From a virus, in the IMG/VR virus record IMGVR_UViG_3300045988_134731, positions 74,545-138,544 of that record: a DNA stretch of 64,000 bases; one strand, written 5' to 3'. The notes under the pieces were generated by a model that worked only from the letters and a program-made list of their open reading frames with translations, made no database searches and was not told the DNA's origin. Both the position numbers and the translations under genes were made by a program. Positions 18,083-27,330 of this stretch are shown here, one piece after another. Numbering within the stretch: position 1 is the first letter of the stretch; every line of letters begins with the position of its first letter.

Positions 18083-18340
18083 TTAATTATTTTTATTTAT
18101 GTAATTGAATACTAAAAAGGTGTTATTCTTTTTATTATACACTAATTCTAAATTATACCATGTAAGTTGAGTATTATAATATAAATCTTGAAAAGCTAAT
18201 ACTATTAATTCTTCATTATCTGGAATGTTCAGTATTTCAGCAAATTCCTTCAGCGTATAATTAACAATCAGTGTATCTTCCAATTTCTTTCTACTGTGTT
18301 CTATAAAGTCATTTACTTGTTTTTGTTTTAATATATTCAT
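18083..18340 (-). CDS. hypothetical protein
   Basis: The start is set at MNILKQ after the AAAAAGGAGGA RBS; the ORF track extends to 18412. Confidence 0.5.
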   Translation of the reverse strand: MNILKQKQVNDFIEHSRKKLEDTLIVNYTLKEFAEILNIPDNEELIVLAFQDLYYNTQLTWYNLELVYNKKNNTFLVFNYINKNN

Positions 18341-18458
18341 AATATATCCTCCTTTTTTTATTGATTTGATAAAACTATAATATTTAACATAAGTGGACAA
18401 GCATCGTTCCACTACAATTGAAAGGTAACGAACCCTGTCCTCTTTTTATAATTAGTAT

Positions 18459-19667
18459 TTATATTTTATGTATAAAGTAATATGTATTTTTAATTTTGTT
18501 GACAGTCTTTCTTTTCTTATGAACTACATAATGACTCTCTCCTAATATTTTAACAAATGTATTCAAATTAATATTTTTACCATTTACATTTTTTATATTT
18601 AAATCTTTGGGAATTTGTTGTATTTCGTCAACTATTATCCATTTATTTAAATATTTTTCATCTAAAGTTATTGTCATAGGTGGTAATGCGTTTTCTTTAG
18701 TTTTAACAACTATTAAATTTAAATCTTTTCTAAATCTTCCCCTAGCTTGTATACATTCGGTTATATTAGTTGAATTGACGATACATAAATCAACATCTTT
18801 ATCTGTAACATTGATTCCTGTTTCACTAGATTTATTAAATATAAATACATTATAAGGTTCTCTTATTTTACCTGTAGTCAACAATTCATCCATGAAACTT
18901 ATTTGCTCTTCATTTAAAGGATATTTTTCATTATTTCTGCTCCATACACAAATTGGATTTAATCCTAAGTCAAGACACATTGTTTCTATTCTCTTCATGT
19001 CATTTATTTGTTTTGTATAAATACCTGCTTTCATTCCACCATATAAAAATCCTTCTAATGATTGTTGCAAGTAAAATTTAATTTGTGAAATGTTATTGAT
19101 ATATAATTTAACCTTATCTATATATCTTTTTATTTCCTTATTGATTAATAAATTAATTACATTAAAATTTTCTAATTGTGGGTATTTTCTTACCATTTGT
19201 TCTAAATAATAATCTGTTGCTGTCATCATAATTATTGGAGTTCCTAAATGTTTTCTAAATAAAAAGAATAAAGCTGAACTTAAATCTCTATCTTGATTAA
19301 ATTCTGAATATTCTATGGCGCTATGTATCTCATCAGCAATAATCAAATCGAAATATGATGAAAATTCTTCATTGACATCATATAATATCTTGTGTCCAAA
19401 TTCCTTATAAGTCATCACTAATATACTTGGATGTTCTTCTTGCACATCTTTATTATTAGTTGAATATGTATTCTTTTCTTTTAAAACCTGGTCTTTTAAA
19501 TTACTATTATCACATAAATATAAATATTGTTTATTAACATCATTCATTAACACATTTATACAATAATAAGTTTTTCCACTACCTATAGGTGCAAGAATAA
19601 GATTATTTTCTTCTTCGCTTAACTTTTTCTTTTTCATTACCTCACTTAAATATTTATTACCTCTCAC
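18459..19667 (-). CDS. SF2 (DEAD/DEAH-like) helicase-family ATPase
   Basis: Walker A APIGSGKTYY, DEIH box IIADEIHS, motif III MMTAT and motif VI QARGRFR. The GTG start at 19667 follows a CAAGGAGGAG RBS. Confidence 0.7.
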   Translation of the reverse strand: MRGNKYLSEVMKKKKLSEEENNLILAPIGSGKTYYCINVLMNDVNKQYLYLCDNSNLKDQVLKEKNTYSTNNKDVQEEHPSILVMTYKEFGHKILYDVNEEFSSYFDLIIADEIHSAIEYSEFNQDRDLSSALFFLFRKHLGTPIIMMTATDYYLEQMVRKYPQLENFNVINLLINKEIKRYIDKVKLYINNISQIKFYLQQSLEGFLYGGMKAGIYTKQINDMKRIETMCLDLGLNPICVWSRNNEKYPLNEEQISFMDELLTTGKIREPYNVFIFNKSSETGINVTDKDVDLCIVNSTNITECIQARGRFRKDLNLIVVKTKENALPPMTITLDEKYLNKWIIVDEIQQIPKDLNIKNVNGKNINLNTFVKILGESHYVVHKKRKTVNKIKNTYYFIHKI

Positions 19668-19732
19668 AATATCTCCTCCTTGTTTATTAATTATTTTTAT
19701 TATTATAAGTGATATAACCACTCCACGCAATA

Positions 19733-19760
19733 ATTATACCACTTATAATATATTTGTCAA
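19733..19760 (-). promoter_or_regulatory. sigma-A-type promoter (TTGACA-N16-TATAAT)
   Basis: The -35 is at 19755-19760 and the -10 at 19733-19738. An 11-bp inverted repeat TATTATAAGTG/CACTTATAATA (about 19702-19712 / 19740-19750) overlaps it. Confidence 0.6.
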
Positions 19761-19767
19761 TGGTTAC

Positions 19768-20655
19768 TTACCATACATTTTCAGCCATAGCTTTTTTATT
19801 GTCATTGTCTTGGTGATAATAAAATCTAAAAGTTGTATTACTACTTGAATGACCTAATAACTTAGCGACTTCATCGCATGAATAACCAGCCTCAACGTAT
19901 TTTGTCGCTGAAATATGTCTAAGGTCATGTGGATTGAGTTGTTGTCCTGTAACCTCTGTTATCTTGTGTATAAGCTTTTCTAAGCCACCAATACTTATTC
20001 TGCTTTTATAACTACTAAGGAATAAAGAATTATCCTTAGAAGGGATTCTATTACGTTCTATCATGTATTCATTATATAGTTGTAATGTTTTACTAGATAA
20101 TACGCAAGGTTTCCTGCTACCACCTTTTTGAATTACTGTAAATTCTCCAGTATTGGGATTGATAGTATCTATATTTAATTGTCTAAGCTCTGAATTTCTT
20201 AAAGCACAATTAAGCATGACTTCAACAATCAATCTATTTCTCATATTCATATAATTAGGTTTTCTATTATATTCAGATTCTAAATAAGTTCTTATTTTGT
20301 CAACTTGTCCTGTATTTCCTATTTTACCTTTAGATTCAATTCTTAATTGTTTAAGTTCCTTACTAGCATTAAAATCAATAATCCTAAATGCATATAGATA
20401 ACTATAAAAACTCTTACAACTAGCAATACGTCGATTAATACTTTGACTGCTTAATCCTTCATTTTTTTTTCTATTCAACCAGTTTTGTAATATTACCACA
20501 TTAGAGTTTTGTATATCTTCAATTGTTTTAAAGTTACAATCTTTAATCATTTCCTTTACTACTGGAATATATGATTTAATAGATTTTGGAGATAAGTTTT
20601 TAATATCTTGTAGATATTTAACATAATTATTTATTAATTTTTCCATATTATTCAT
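19768..20655 (-). CDS. tyrosine recombinase (XerC/D or phage-integrase family)
   Basis: An N-terminal SAM-like domain is followed by the catalytic pattern ALRNSEL...HDLRHISAT...LLGHSSSNTTFRFYYH (R..HxxR..H..Y). Confidence 0.8.
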   Translation of the reverse strand: MNNMEKLINNYVKYLQDIKNLSPKSIKSYIPVVKEMIKDCNFKTIEDIQNSNVVILQNWLNRKKNEGLSSQSINRRIASCKSFYSYLYAFRIIDFNASKELKQLRIESKGKIGNTGQVDKIRTYLESEYNRKPNYMNMRNRLIVEVMLNCALRNSELRQLNIDTINPNTGEFTVIQKGGSRKPCVLSSKTLQLYNEYMIERNRIPSKDNSLFLSSYKSRISIGGLEKLIHKITEVTGQQLNPHDLRHISATKYVEAGYSCDEVAKLLGHSSSNTTFRFYYHQDNDNKKAMAENVW

Positions 20656-20854
20656 TATCTTTTCCTCCCCTTTTTAATATCTTATATATATAAGTATATA
20701 TCATGTGGTATATTTTGTCAATAGTTTTATTAATAATTTTTATAATCTTTTTGAACTATATAAAAATAGACCAGAACAAAATCCAGTCTGTAAGTTTATT
20801 AATTATTTTTGTTTCTTAACTTTTCTATTATTTTTATTTGCCCTATACCTGTTA

Positions 20855-21439
20855 TTAATGTTTTAATTCCAAATTTACTACCATACGGAGTATTTTTATA
20901 AGTTTTGCAAAATCGCCTATAGAAATACTATCTGATGTTTTTGAAATGGTTTCAGCAAAATCAACTTTAGGTTTATCCTCTTCTATCTTACCCAATAATG
21001 GTTTTGTTGCTTCTTCTACTTCTATTTTTACTAATTCCTTATGTGCGTTAACGACTTCTAAAGAATCTTCACTAAATAATTGTAATTGCAATTCTTCTTT
21101 TCTTGTTAGTTGTGGCAATTGTTGTTCCTTTAATCTCTTTTCACATTCAATAAAATATTTTCTAAACTTTTTTCCTTTATCATTCCTTTGTAACATACAT
21201 ATTTCTTTTGCCATGTCTAATTTAATTACATGGTCAATATATGTAGTTTCATTACCTTGGGCTGTTACTTTTTTTTGAGTAATAGCTATATAATCCAAAT
21301 TCTCTTCAAATCCATATTTCAACATTCTTTTAAACCAATCATTATATCTACTTTCCACTCCCAATCCTTTATGTAATTCTCTACCACTTACTATTATTTC
21401 TTGATTTTCATTCATTTCTATTTTTATTAATTCATTCAT
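20855..21439 (-). CDS. AntA/AntB-type phage antirepressor-like protein
   Basis: VSGRELHKGLGVESRYNDWFKRMLKYGFEENLDY...DHVIKLDMAKEICMLQRNDKGKKFRKYFIECEK matches the AntA N-terminal domain pattern. Confidence 0.6.
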   Translation of the reverse strand: MNELIKIEMNENQEIIVSGRELHKGLGVESRYNDWFKRMLKYGFEENLDYIAITQKKVTAQGNETTYIDHVIKLDMAKEICMLQRNDKGKKFRKYFIECEKRLKEQQLPQLTRKEELQLQLFSEDSLEVVNAHKELVKIEVEEATKPLLGKIEEDKPKVDFAETISKTSDSISIGDFAKLIKILRMVVNLELKH

Positions 21440-21541
21440 TTTATATTCCTCCCCTTATTAATTATTTCTATCATCTTTTTTACTTTCCATATATATATAT
21501 ATATAATTCTTTTACATATTTAGAACACCTCCTATATCATT

Positions 21542-21573
21542 GTATTAACAACTATATGTAAATAATCACCTAT
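21542..21573 (-). promoter_or_regulatory. class-2 promoter motif ATAGGTGAT-N14-TGTTAATAC
   Basis: The reverse complement is cATAGGTGATTATTtacatatagtTGTTAATAc, with the 23-nt geometry. Confidence 0.5.
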
Positions 21574-21607
21574 GATTTTAATAATTTTTAAAATCTTTTT
21601 AAACTAT

Positions 21608-21637
21608 AAAAAAATAGACTAGAATAAAATCTAGCCT
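21608..21637 (-). terminator. probable rho-independent terminator
   Basis: An imperfect stem TAGACTAGA/TCTAGCCTA is followed on the minus strand by a T-run. A homologous unit lies at 20762-20790. Confidence 0.45.
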
Positions 21638-21675
21638 ATCAATTAATATTATTTGTCATCATTTCAGTTCTTTTA

Positions 21676-22155
21676 TTAATTCATGTTATCTGCTATGTTA
21701 AATACAATTTCACCATCTTTTATTATCAAATAACAAGTTTCCTCCCTATCCTTTGCGTCACAAATTTGAATTGTAAAGTTAACATTAGTGTAACCTTTGT
21801 CGTTTAAGTATTCTTTTAATGTACTAGATGTTTCTTTTAATGTATCTAACAGATTATCCCATTTACCAGTATATATAGCATTAGATACCTCTTCATGTTG
21901 GAAATAGTTGGTTAATACTAAACCATCCTTTTCCATTTTATAACTGTAATCTTTTCCATAGAATATTTCATCCACCTTATTTTCGGTTAAATAATATGCT
22001 ATTTCTACCAGTTGTTGTTTTTGTTTATCCTTTGTTTCATCATCCATTTGTTGAGTTGTATTTTCTGACACAGAATCAAGTTCAACATCTTTACATCCTA
22101 TCATAGATATTAATAACATTCCTGTTAATATTAGTACTGATAATTTTTTATTCAT
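21676..22155 (-). CDS. lipoprotein (paralog of 5669-6157)
   Basis: MNKKLSVLILTGMLLISMIGC|KD lipobox. The start is set at 22155 because the GGAGG RBS occupies 22166-22170. Confidence 0.7.
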   Translation of the reverse strand: MNKKLSVLILTGMLLISMIGCKDVELDSVSENTTQQMDDETKDKQKQQLVEIAYYLTENKVDEIFYGKDYSYKMEKDGLVLTNYFQHEEVSNAIYTGKWDNLLDTLKETSSTLKEYLNDKGYTNVNFTIQICDAKDREETCYLIIKDGEIVFNIADNMN

Positions 22156-22176
22156 AATTACCAACCTCCTTATGTT

Positions 22177-22335
22177 TTATTTATTATAATTTTTTAACCA
22201 ATTTTTAAGTTCCTTTAATTGACTTTTATATATGAAATTATAATTTTGTCTTTTTTGTATTTCTTTTGTTGCAAATGCAATGCTTTCAGCTTCATAAGAC
22301 ATATCATTTATATCTTTTTCTCTCCAATTATGCAT
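22177..22335 (-). CDS. hypothetical small protein (52 aa), possibly the 3' part of a frameshifted gene
   Basis: The protein is MHNWREKDINDMSYEAESIAFATKEIQKRQNYNF...NYNK. A 28-aa ORF with a strong RBS (22344-22430) lies just upstream in another frame. Confidence 0.35.
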   Translation of the reverse strand: MHNWREKDINDMSYEAESIAFATKEIQKRQNYNFIYKSQLKELKNWLKNYNK

Positions 22336-22499
22336 TATACCTTCTATTCTGCTAAAATTATGTTTGATTTCTTTATTATTACTTTTTCTTCTTCTAAATC
22401 TTTTATTTTTCCTTCAATTATATTTTTCATGTTTACCCCTCCTATTTATCTTTATATACTAATCATATCATAATTTACTATCATTTGTCAACACTTTTA

Positions 22500-23123
22500 T
22501 TAATTATTTTTACTATCATTCACCATTATATTATTTAATTTAATATATTTTTTTTCTTTATTATCGTATATTTTTAATTCTCCATAATCAGCTTCATGTC
22601 TACCATATAGTAATAATTCAATTATCTTCTCTTTGGATAATCTATCTCTAACTCCTACAAGTTTATTACATTTAGTGCAATATATATTATAACGATGATA
22701 TTCTTTTTCTAGCTCTAAATTAGGAATAAAAAATTCATCGTCATTTACCTCATATTTATGACAAAATTCTTTCCATTCTTCATAATGACTTGTATTTCTA
22801 CCATGTTTCTTGTCAGACAATAAATGGATTAATTCATGTTGGATAACATGCTTAACCGTATCATTATCATATGCGTTAATACGTTTACTAAATTTAAATT
22901 TCACTGGTAATATAAATTCACCATTTCTCTTATATCTGGCACTAAAGTAACCCATGCTTGATTTAAGTCTACCATCTACTGATATTGGAATTGTATCAAT
23001 TACATTTCCTATTATCATTCTATCGTTTTCGTCCATGCTATTATTAACGAAACTCTTCATATAACTTCTTATTTCCTTTTCAGTCCAAACTTTATTATTT
23101 TTATTAATATTTTTCCCCATCAT
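22500..23123 (-). CDS. SprT-like zinc metallopeptidase-domain protein
   Basis: HExxH motif VIQHELIHLL, followed by H..EW..F and a C-terminal Cys pair (YCTKCNK). Confidence 0.6.
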   Translation of the reverse strand: MMGKNINKNNKVWTEKEIRSYMKSFVNNSMDENDRMIIGNVIDTIPISVDGRLKSSMGYFSARYKRNGEFILPVKFKFSKRINAYDNDTVKHVIQHELIHLLSDKKHGRNTSHYEEWKEFCHKYEVNDDEFFIPNLELEKEYHRYNIYCTKCNKLVGVRDRLSKEKIIELLLYGRHEADYGELKIYDNKEKKYIKLNNIMVNDSKNN

Positions 23124-23212
23124 TCAATCCCCCAATTAACTTTATTAATTATTTTTACTATCATTGTTACGAGCTAGAGGATTAATTAAAATCCCCTTTG
23201 AATTTAATTCCC

Positions 23213-23509
23213 CTATTTATTATTCTTCATATATTCAAAATCTCTAATTCTATATTTTATTTCATATTCCATATTGCACAATGCATCTGAAATCTTATCT
23301 GTTAAATCTTCAATTGTATTTTCTTTGTCAATTTCGACTATATCATTTAATAAATAATCAATCATAATTAATTTCTTTTCTATTTTATTACGTTCATCAT
23401 GAGTTAAATATCTAGCAGTTGCATATATGCATTTTTCTTCTTGTTCATATTCACAATTACCTCCCCACATCTTATTATAATCACAATTTACACATACATT
23501 TTTATCCAT
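23213..23509 (-). CDS. hypothetical small Cys-rich protein
   Basis: 98-aa ORF with an RBS. Confidence 0.5.
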   Translation of the reverse strand: MDKNVCVNCDYNKMWGGNCEYEQEEKCIYATARYLTHDERNKIEKKLIMIDYLLNDIVEIDKENTIEDLTDKISDALCNMEYEIKYRIRDFEYMKNNK

Positions 23510-23573
23510 AATAATTTATCCTCCTTATATAAACAATATCATGTTTAACCATCATTGTCAAGAGTTTTATTAA

Positions 23574-24410
23574 TTATTTGTAGTTAGTAATTAAAACTTC
23601 TATGCTCTTATATCCATTATCTTTTTTATGGTAATTACAATTTGAATAATCATAATCTAAGTAGTTTACATTATAATTTTTGCTCCAGTTTATTAATATT
23701 TCGTTTTTACTTCCATTATGTTCTAATACATTAGATATTGCAAATTTTATACCTTTTTCATTTAATCTGTCACATAATGATAATAATTCTTTTTCAGTTT
23801 CTTCATTCCAACCTGTATTGTAAGTAGCTTCTGTTACTAAGTATGGTGGGTCTAAATATACAAAGTCATTTTCTCCTAATTTGTTAATATCTAAAGATAT
23901 AAAATTTTTATTTGTAAATTCTATATCTTTTTTCTGAATTGCATTTGAAAAATCTTTAAATTTTTGTTTTAAACTTGGATTAAAATTTCTTTTCCCAAAA
24001 GGCATATTAAATTTTCCTTTCTTATTAAATCTTACTTGATTATTAAAAGAATGGGCTAATAAAGTATAAAGTACATACCATTCTTTATTACCATCATTGT
24101 AAGCTTTTCTTAATTCTAAATAACCTTCTTTGTTTTCTTTACTTAAATCATATTCGTTAATTATTTTTTCTATCATTTCGATAGCTTTCTCTGTATTATT
24201 ATTTTGTATTCCTTTATATGTATTTATTACTTGAGTGCATAAATCATTGGCTATTATTTTATTAGCATTAACATTCACTGCTACATTACAACCACCTGTA
24301 AATAAATCTACAAAAGTGTTTATATTTTTTGGAAATAGTGGTAATATTTGATTTAATAATTTCCCTTTTCCACCTGTGTAATTAAGAGGGCTTTTAATAT
24401 ATTTTTCCAT
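23574..24410 (-). CDS. D12-class (Dam-like) N6-adenine DNA methyltransferase
   Basis: SPLNYTGGKGKLL, the FxGxG-type motif FVDLFTGGCNV, and the catalytic motif YLDPPY. Confidence 0.8.
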   Translation of the reverse strand: MEKYIKSPLNYTGGKGKLLNQILPLFPKNINTFVDLFTGGCNVAVNVNANKIIANDLCTQVINTYKGIQNNNTEKAIEMIEKIINEYDLSKENKEGYLELRKAYNDGNKEWYVLYTLLAHSFNNQVRFNKKGKFNMPFGKRNFNPSLKQKFKDFSNAIQKKDIEFTNKNFISLDINKLGENDFVYLDPPYLVTEATYNTGWNEETEKELLSLCDRLNEKGIKFAISNVLEHNGSKNEILINWSKNYNVNYLDYDYSNCNYHKKDNGYKSIEVLITNYK

Positions 24411-24439
24411 AATTTCATCTCTCCTTTTATTAATTATTT

Positions 24440-25219
24440 TTAATCATCAATTTCAACTTCATAAGCGTATAATGCATCATATACTTCTTGTGGAATCTGT
24501 CCTTTATAATAATCCGCAACCTCTTTAATATTCTTTTCTTTATAATATTTATAAACCTCAAATGCTTTTTCTTGTGTTTCATATAAACCTAAATATTTAT
24601 TTTTTGATTTACCTGTTTTGGGATTAATCAAATTACATTGAGATACATATTTTCCATTTTTATAATTTGAAACACCTATTGGATTAGTACCTCTTTTACT
24701 ATCATTTTTAGTAAATAAAGTATTAATTGTATTTGGTACATAAACACAAGTATCTGGGCTATAAATTTTATTATGTTTGACTAATATATCTTTGTCTAAG
24801 CACATTTTCTCGCCTTCTATATCATAATAATTATTTTCGTCCCAATATCCAAAGTTTTGGAAATTATGAAATTCTTTTGAAACATTACAATTTTTGTATG
24901 TTGGATTTTTATGTCTATTCTTTTCATTATAACATCTTTCCAACATATGATTCCAAGTCTTATAAGCTCTAGTATTTTTACCATTTTCACTTACTTTATA
25001 CTTACCTTCACCAATATAACCAATAGCATAAATATTTCTTTCATATGGGCATTTTATTTGACCATTTTTAAAATTTTGATATGTTTTATTTTTAGCAGTC
25101 CAATTATATTCTGGAAAATAAATATCAACATCTTCCCATTTTTTATATTTTATTATTACCATCTCACTTCCAAAGTTATTAACTTTTGTTTCTCCAGTTC
25201 TATCTATTTTAGCCCCCAT
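24440..25219 (-). CDS. AP2-like DNA-binding, homing-endonuclease-like protein (paralog 3 of 3)
   Basis: 259 aa and colinear with the other two paralogs. Confidence 0.5.
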   Translation of the reverse strand: MGAKIDRTGETKVNNFGSEMVIIKYKKWEDVDIYFPEYNWTAKNKTYQNFKNGQIKCPYERNIYAIGYIGEGKYKVSENGKNTRAYKTWNHMLERCYNEKNRHKNPTYKNCNVSKEFHNFQNFGYWDENNYYDIEGEKMCLDKDILVKHNKIYSPDTCVYVPNTINTLFTKNDSKRGTNPIGVSNYKNGKYVSQCNLINPKTGKSKNKYLGLYETQEKAFEVYKYYKEKNIKEVADYYKGQIPQEVYDALYAYEVEIDD

Positions 25220-25348
25220 ATTATCTCCTCCTAATTAATTTTATATATTAAGTATATCATGTTGTGTTATTATTTGTCAAGAGCTTTTTTATTAATTGTT
25301 TTTATAATCTTTTGCAGGTTTTATAGGATAACCTGCAAACCTATAATA

Positions 25349-26212
25349 CTATCCTATTAATTTATATTGATTTTGTAAATTTTCAAGTACTATTAAGGTA
25401 TCTGAATTTCTTTTAGTATACCAACATTTTTTATTTCTATTCCATTTGAATCCAAATTGTTTCAACATGTTTCTAAAATTTTCTGATGGTTTACCTTCAA
25501 AATATAATTCTATTCCATTTTTTTCAAAGTTTTCTACTATATCAAATTTATCACTATTATTTTTATTATTTTTTTCTGTTCTCTTTTTAGATTTTTTAAC
25601 TTTTCTTTCAACCACTTTAACTGTCTCGTCATAATTACCAAGTTTTAAAGATGGATAGAAATTAACGCTAAAATAATCTATTTGAGAGTCACAATCAGAA
25701 TATCTATATTGATTTATTATTTCCCAAACTCTTGCAACTAATTTTTTACCATATATTGATAGTTCTGGATATTCGATATACGGTGATATTTCATAATTGA
25801 TTATATTTTTATCATCATTTGCATGAACACTTTTAGGAGTTTCTTTCACAATTACAGTTAAACTACAGCCTCCAGAAAATTCATTTTTTGTAACACTAAA
25901 TTTACAGTCTGAAAATTCTTCTTTTAATTGTTCTCTAACAAATTTAGCTATTGTTTTAATATCTAAATTTCTATCGTATTTTTCACCTTTCCAACCATTT
26001 TGAGTATAGAATTCATTTCTTGTACTTTCTGCTGTTTCTTCTGTTTTTATATTATCTCTATTTTTCCAAACAGGAAATAATATATCGTATTCATTATTGA
26101 TAGCTTTCATTACTTCAACATCTCCGCCTTTGTCTGGATGATGTTTAAAAGCTAGTTTTTTAAATTGTTTCTTTAAGTCTTCTAAAGAGTTTATATTTTT
26201 AAAATATTTCAT
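25349..26212 (-). CDS. J-domain (DnaJ-like) protein
   Basis: LEDLKKQFKKLAFKHHPDKGGDVEVMKAINNEYDIL contains the HPD tripeptide. There is no Gly/Phe or zinc-finger region. Confidence 0.8.
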   Translation of the reverse strand: MKYFKNINSLEDLKKQFKKLAFKHHPDKGGDVEVMKAINNEYDILFPVWKNRDNIKTEETAESTRNEFYTQNGWKGEKYDRNLDIKTIAKFVREQLKEEFSDCKFSVTKNEFSGGCSLTVIVKETPKSVHANDDKNIINYEISPYIEYPELSIYGKKLVARVWEIINQYRYSDCDSQIDYFSVNFYPSLKLGNYDETVKVVERKVKKSKKRTEKNNKNNSDKFDIVENFEKNGIELYFEGKPSENFRNMLKQFGFKWNRNKKCWYTKRNSDTLIVLENLQNQYKLIG

Positions 26213-26317
26213 ATCATTTATCCCCTTTCAATTATCTTACTTATATAATAACACACTTTATATTATATCGTCAATGACTTTTTAATAATTTATTAATTAT
26301 TTTTATCATCATTGACT

Positions 26318-26345
26318 TTGAGCTAGAGGACTATCTGAAGTCCTC
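26318..26345 (-). other. intergenic module: variable hairpin followed by conserved AGCTCAA (one of 10)
   Basis: Perfect stem GAGGACT/AGTCCTC (26326-26332 / 26339-26345), followed on the transcribed strand by TAGCTCAAA, then ..TGATGATAAAAATAATTAATAAA. Confidence 0.6.
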
Positions 26346-26583
26346 ATATGATTTTTTTAATTTCTGATATCAATATATCATAGTTGTCTTTTATATATTT
26401 CTTGGCTTGATTTATAGTTCTAAATTCCATACTGTCGTTGTTGCACTCTACTGCAAAATCTATTGCAGCATCTGAATTATCTCCTATTAATTCTAGTGTT
26501 GGTTCTAATCTCCAACTTTGTGTATATTCGCTAAAATTAATTAAAAATCCTTTGTATTTATAATTTCCTGTACATTGTTTCAT
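26344..26583 (-). CDS. hypothetical small protein
   Basis: 79-aa ORF with an RBS. The TGA stop lies inside the hairpin. Confidence 0.55.
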   Translation of the reverse strand: MKQCTGNYKYKGFLINFSEYTQSWRLEPTLELIGDNSDAAIDFAVECNNDSMEFRTINQAKKYIKDNYDILISEIKKII

Positions 26584-26730
26584 GTTATCAACTCCTTATT
26601 AATTATTATAGTTACATTATATATCATTGCAAATATATTTGTCAATAGCTTTTTATAAAATTTTATTAATTATTTTTATTATCATTTTCTATATGGTAGT
26701 ACAGATGTTTCCATACTACCATATAATAGT

Positions 26731-27225
26731 TTATATCATCATTTCTAATCGACTTATTAATTTTGATATAACATTATATATAAAGTCTGCGTCCTCCATA
26801 TCACAAATATAATTCCAGACGCACTGTTCCTCATCTTCGTAACCCAATTCATTAAAATACTTATATTCACTCCATGTAGCGTTATCCCAAATATACTGTT
26901 GTTTATCCACATTACTTTCAAATATTTCTTCACATTCTTCCATCAGATAGTCCACGAATTCTTGATAATCATCTTGCAACTCGATGTCACCAAATTCTAT
27001 TTCTGGCACTTCTACATATTCACTAATTGCTAATAATAACAATTGATTATCTTTTATTTCATTTGTATTTGTAGTTGTTATTGTTCCATCTAAATTTAAT
27101 ACTATGTTGGTTTTTATTTTGCCATCATACCACGCTTGTTTATGAAGCGTACAATAGCAATCTATTATCTTACCTTCTATTGTTTTGTCATTTAACAGAT
27201 TTAAAAATCTTTTAATATTATTCAT
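26731..27225 (-). CDS. hypothetical acidic protein
   Basis: The start is set at MNNIKRF after the AAAGGGGAAA RBS. The C-terminal half is very Asp/Glu-rich. Confidence 0.55.
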   Translation of the reverse strand: MNNIKRFLNLLNDKTIEGKIIDCYCTLHKQAWYDGKIKTNIVLNLDGTITTTNTNEIKDNQLLLLAISEYVEVPEIEFGDIELQDDYQEFVDYLMEECEEIFESNVDKQQYIWDNATWSEYKYFNELGYEDEEQCVWNYICDMEDADFIYNVISKLISRLEMMI

Positions 27226-27330
27226 TATCATTTCCCCTTTCAATTATCTTACTTATATTATAGCACTTGCAATTTAAAATTACAATCACTATTTATTAAT
27301 TATTTTTTAAGAGCTGGTAGGGACTAATCC

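Noticed and set aside
20855-20915. A possible frameshift at the 3' end of the AntA-like gene. An alternative frame after the A5 run would read ...KNTPYGSKFGIKTLITGIGQIKIIEKLRNKNN and end in the standard box at about 20800.
   Set aside because: Neither reading resembles the expected KilAC-type continuation convincingly, so I could not decide from the sequence alone. The gene is left as annotated by the ORF track.
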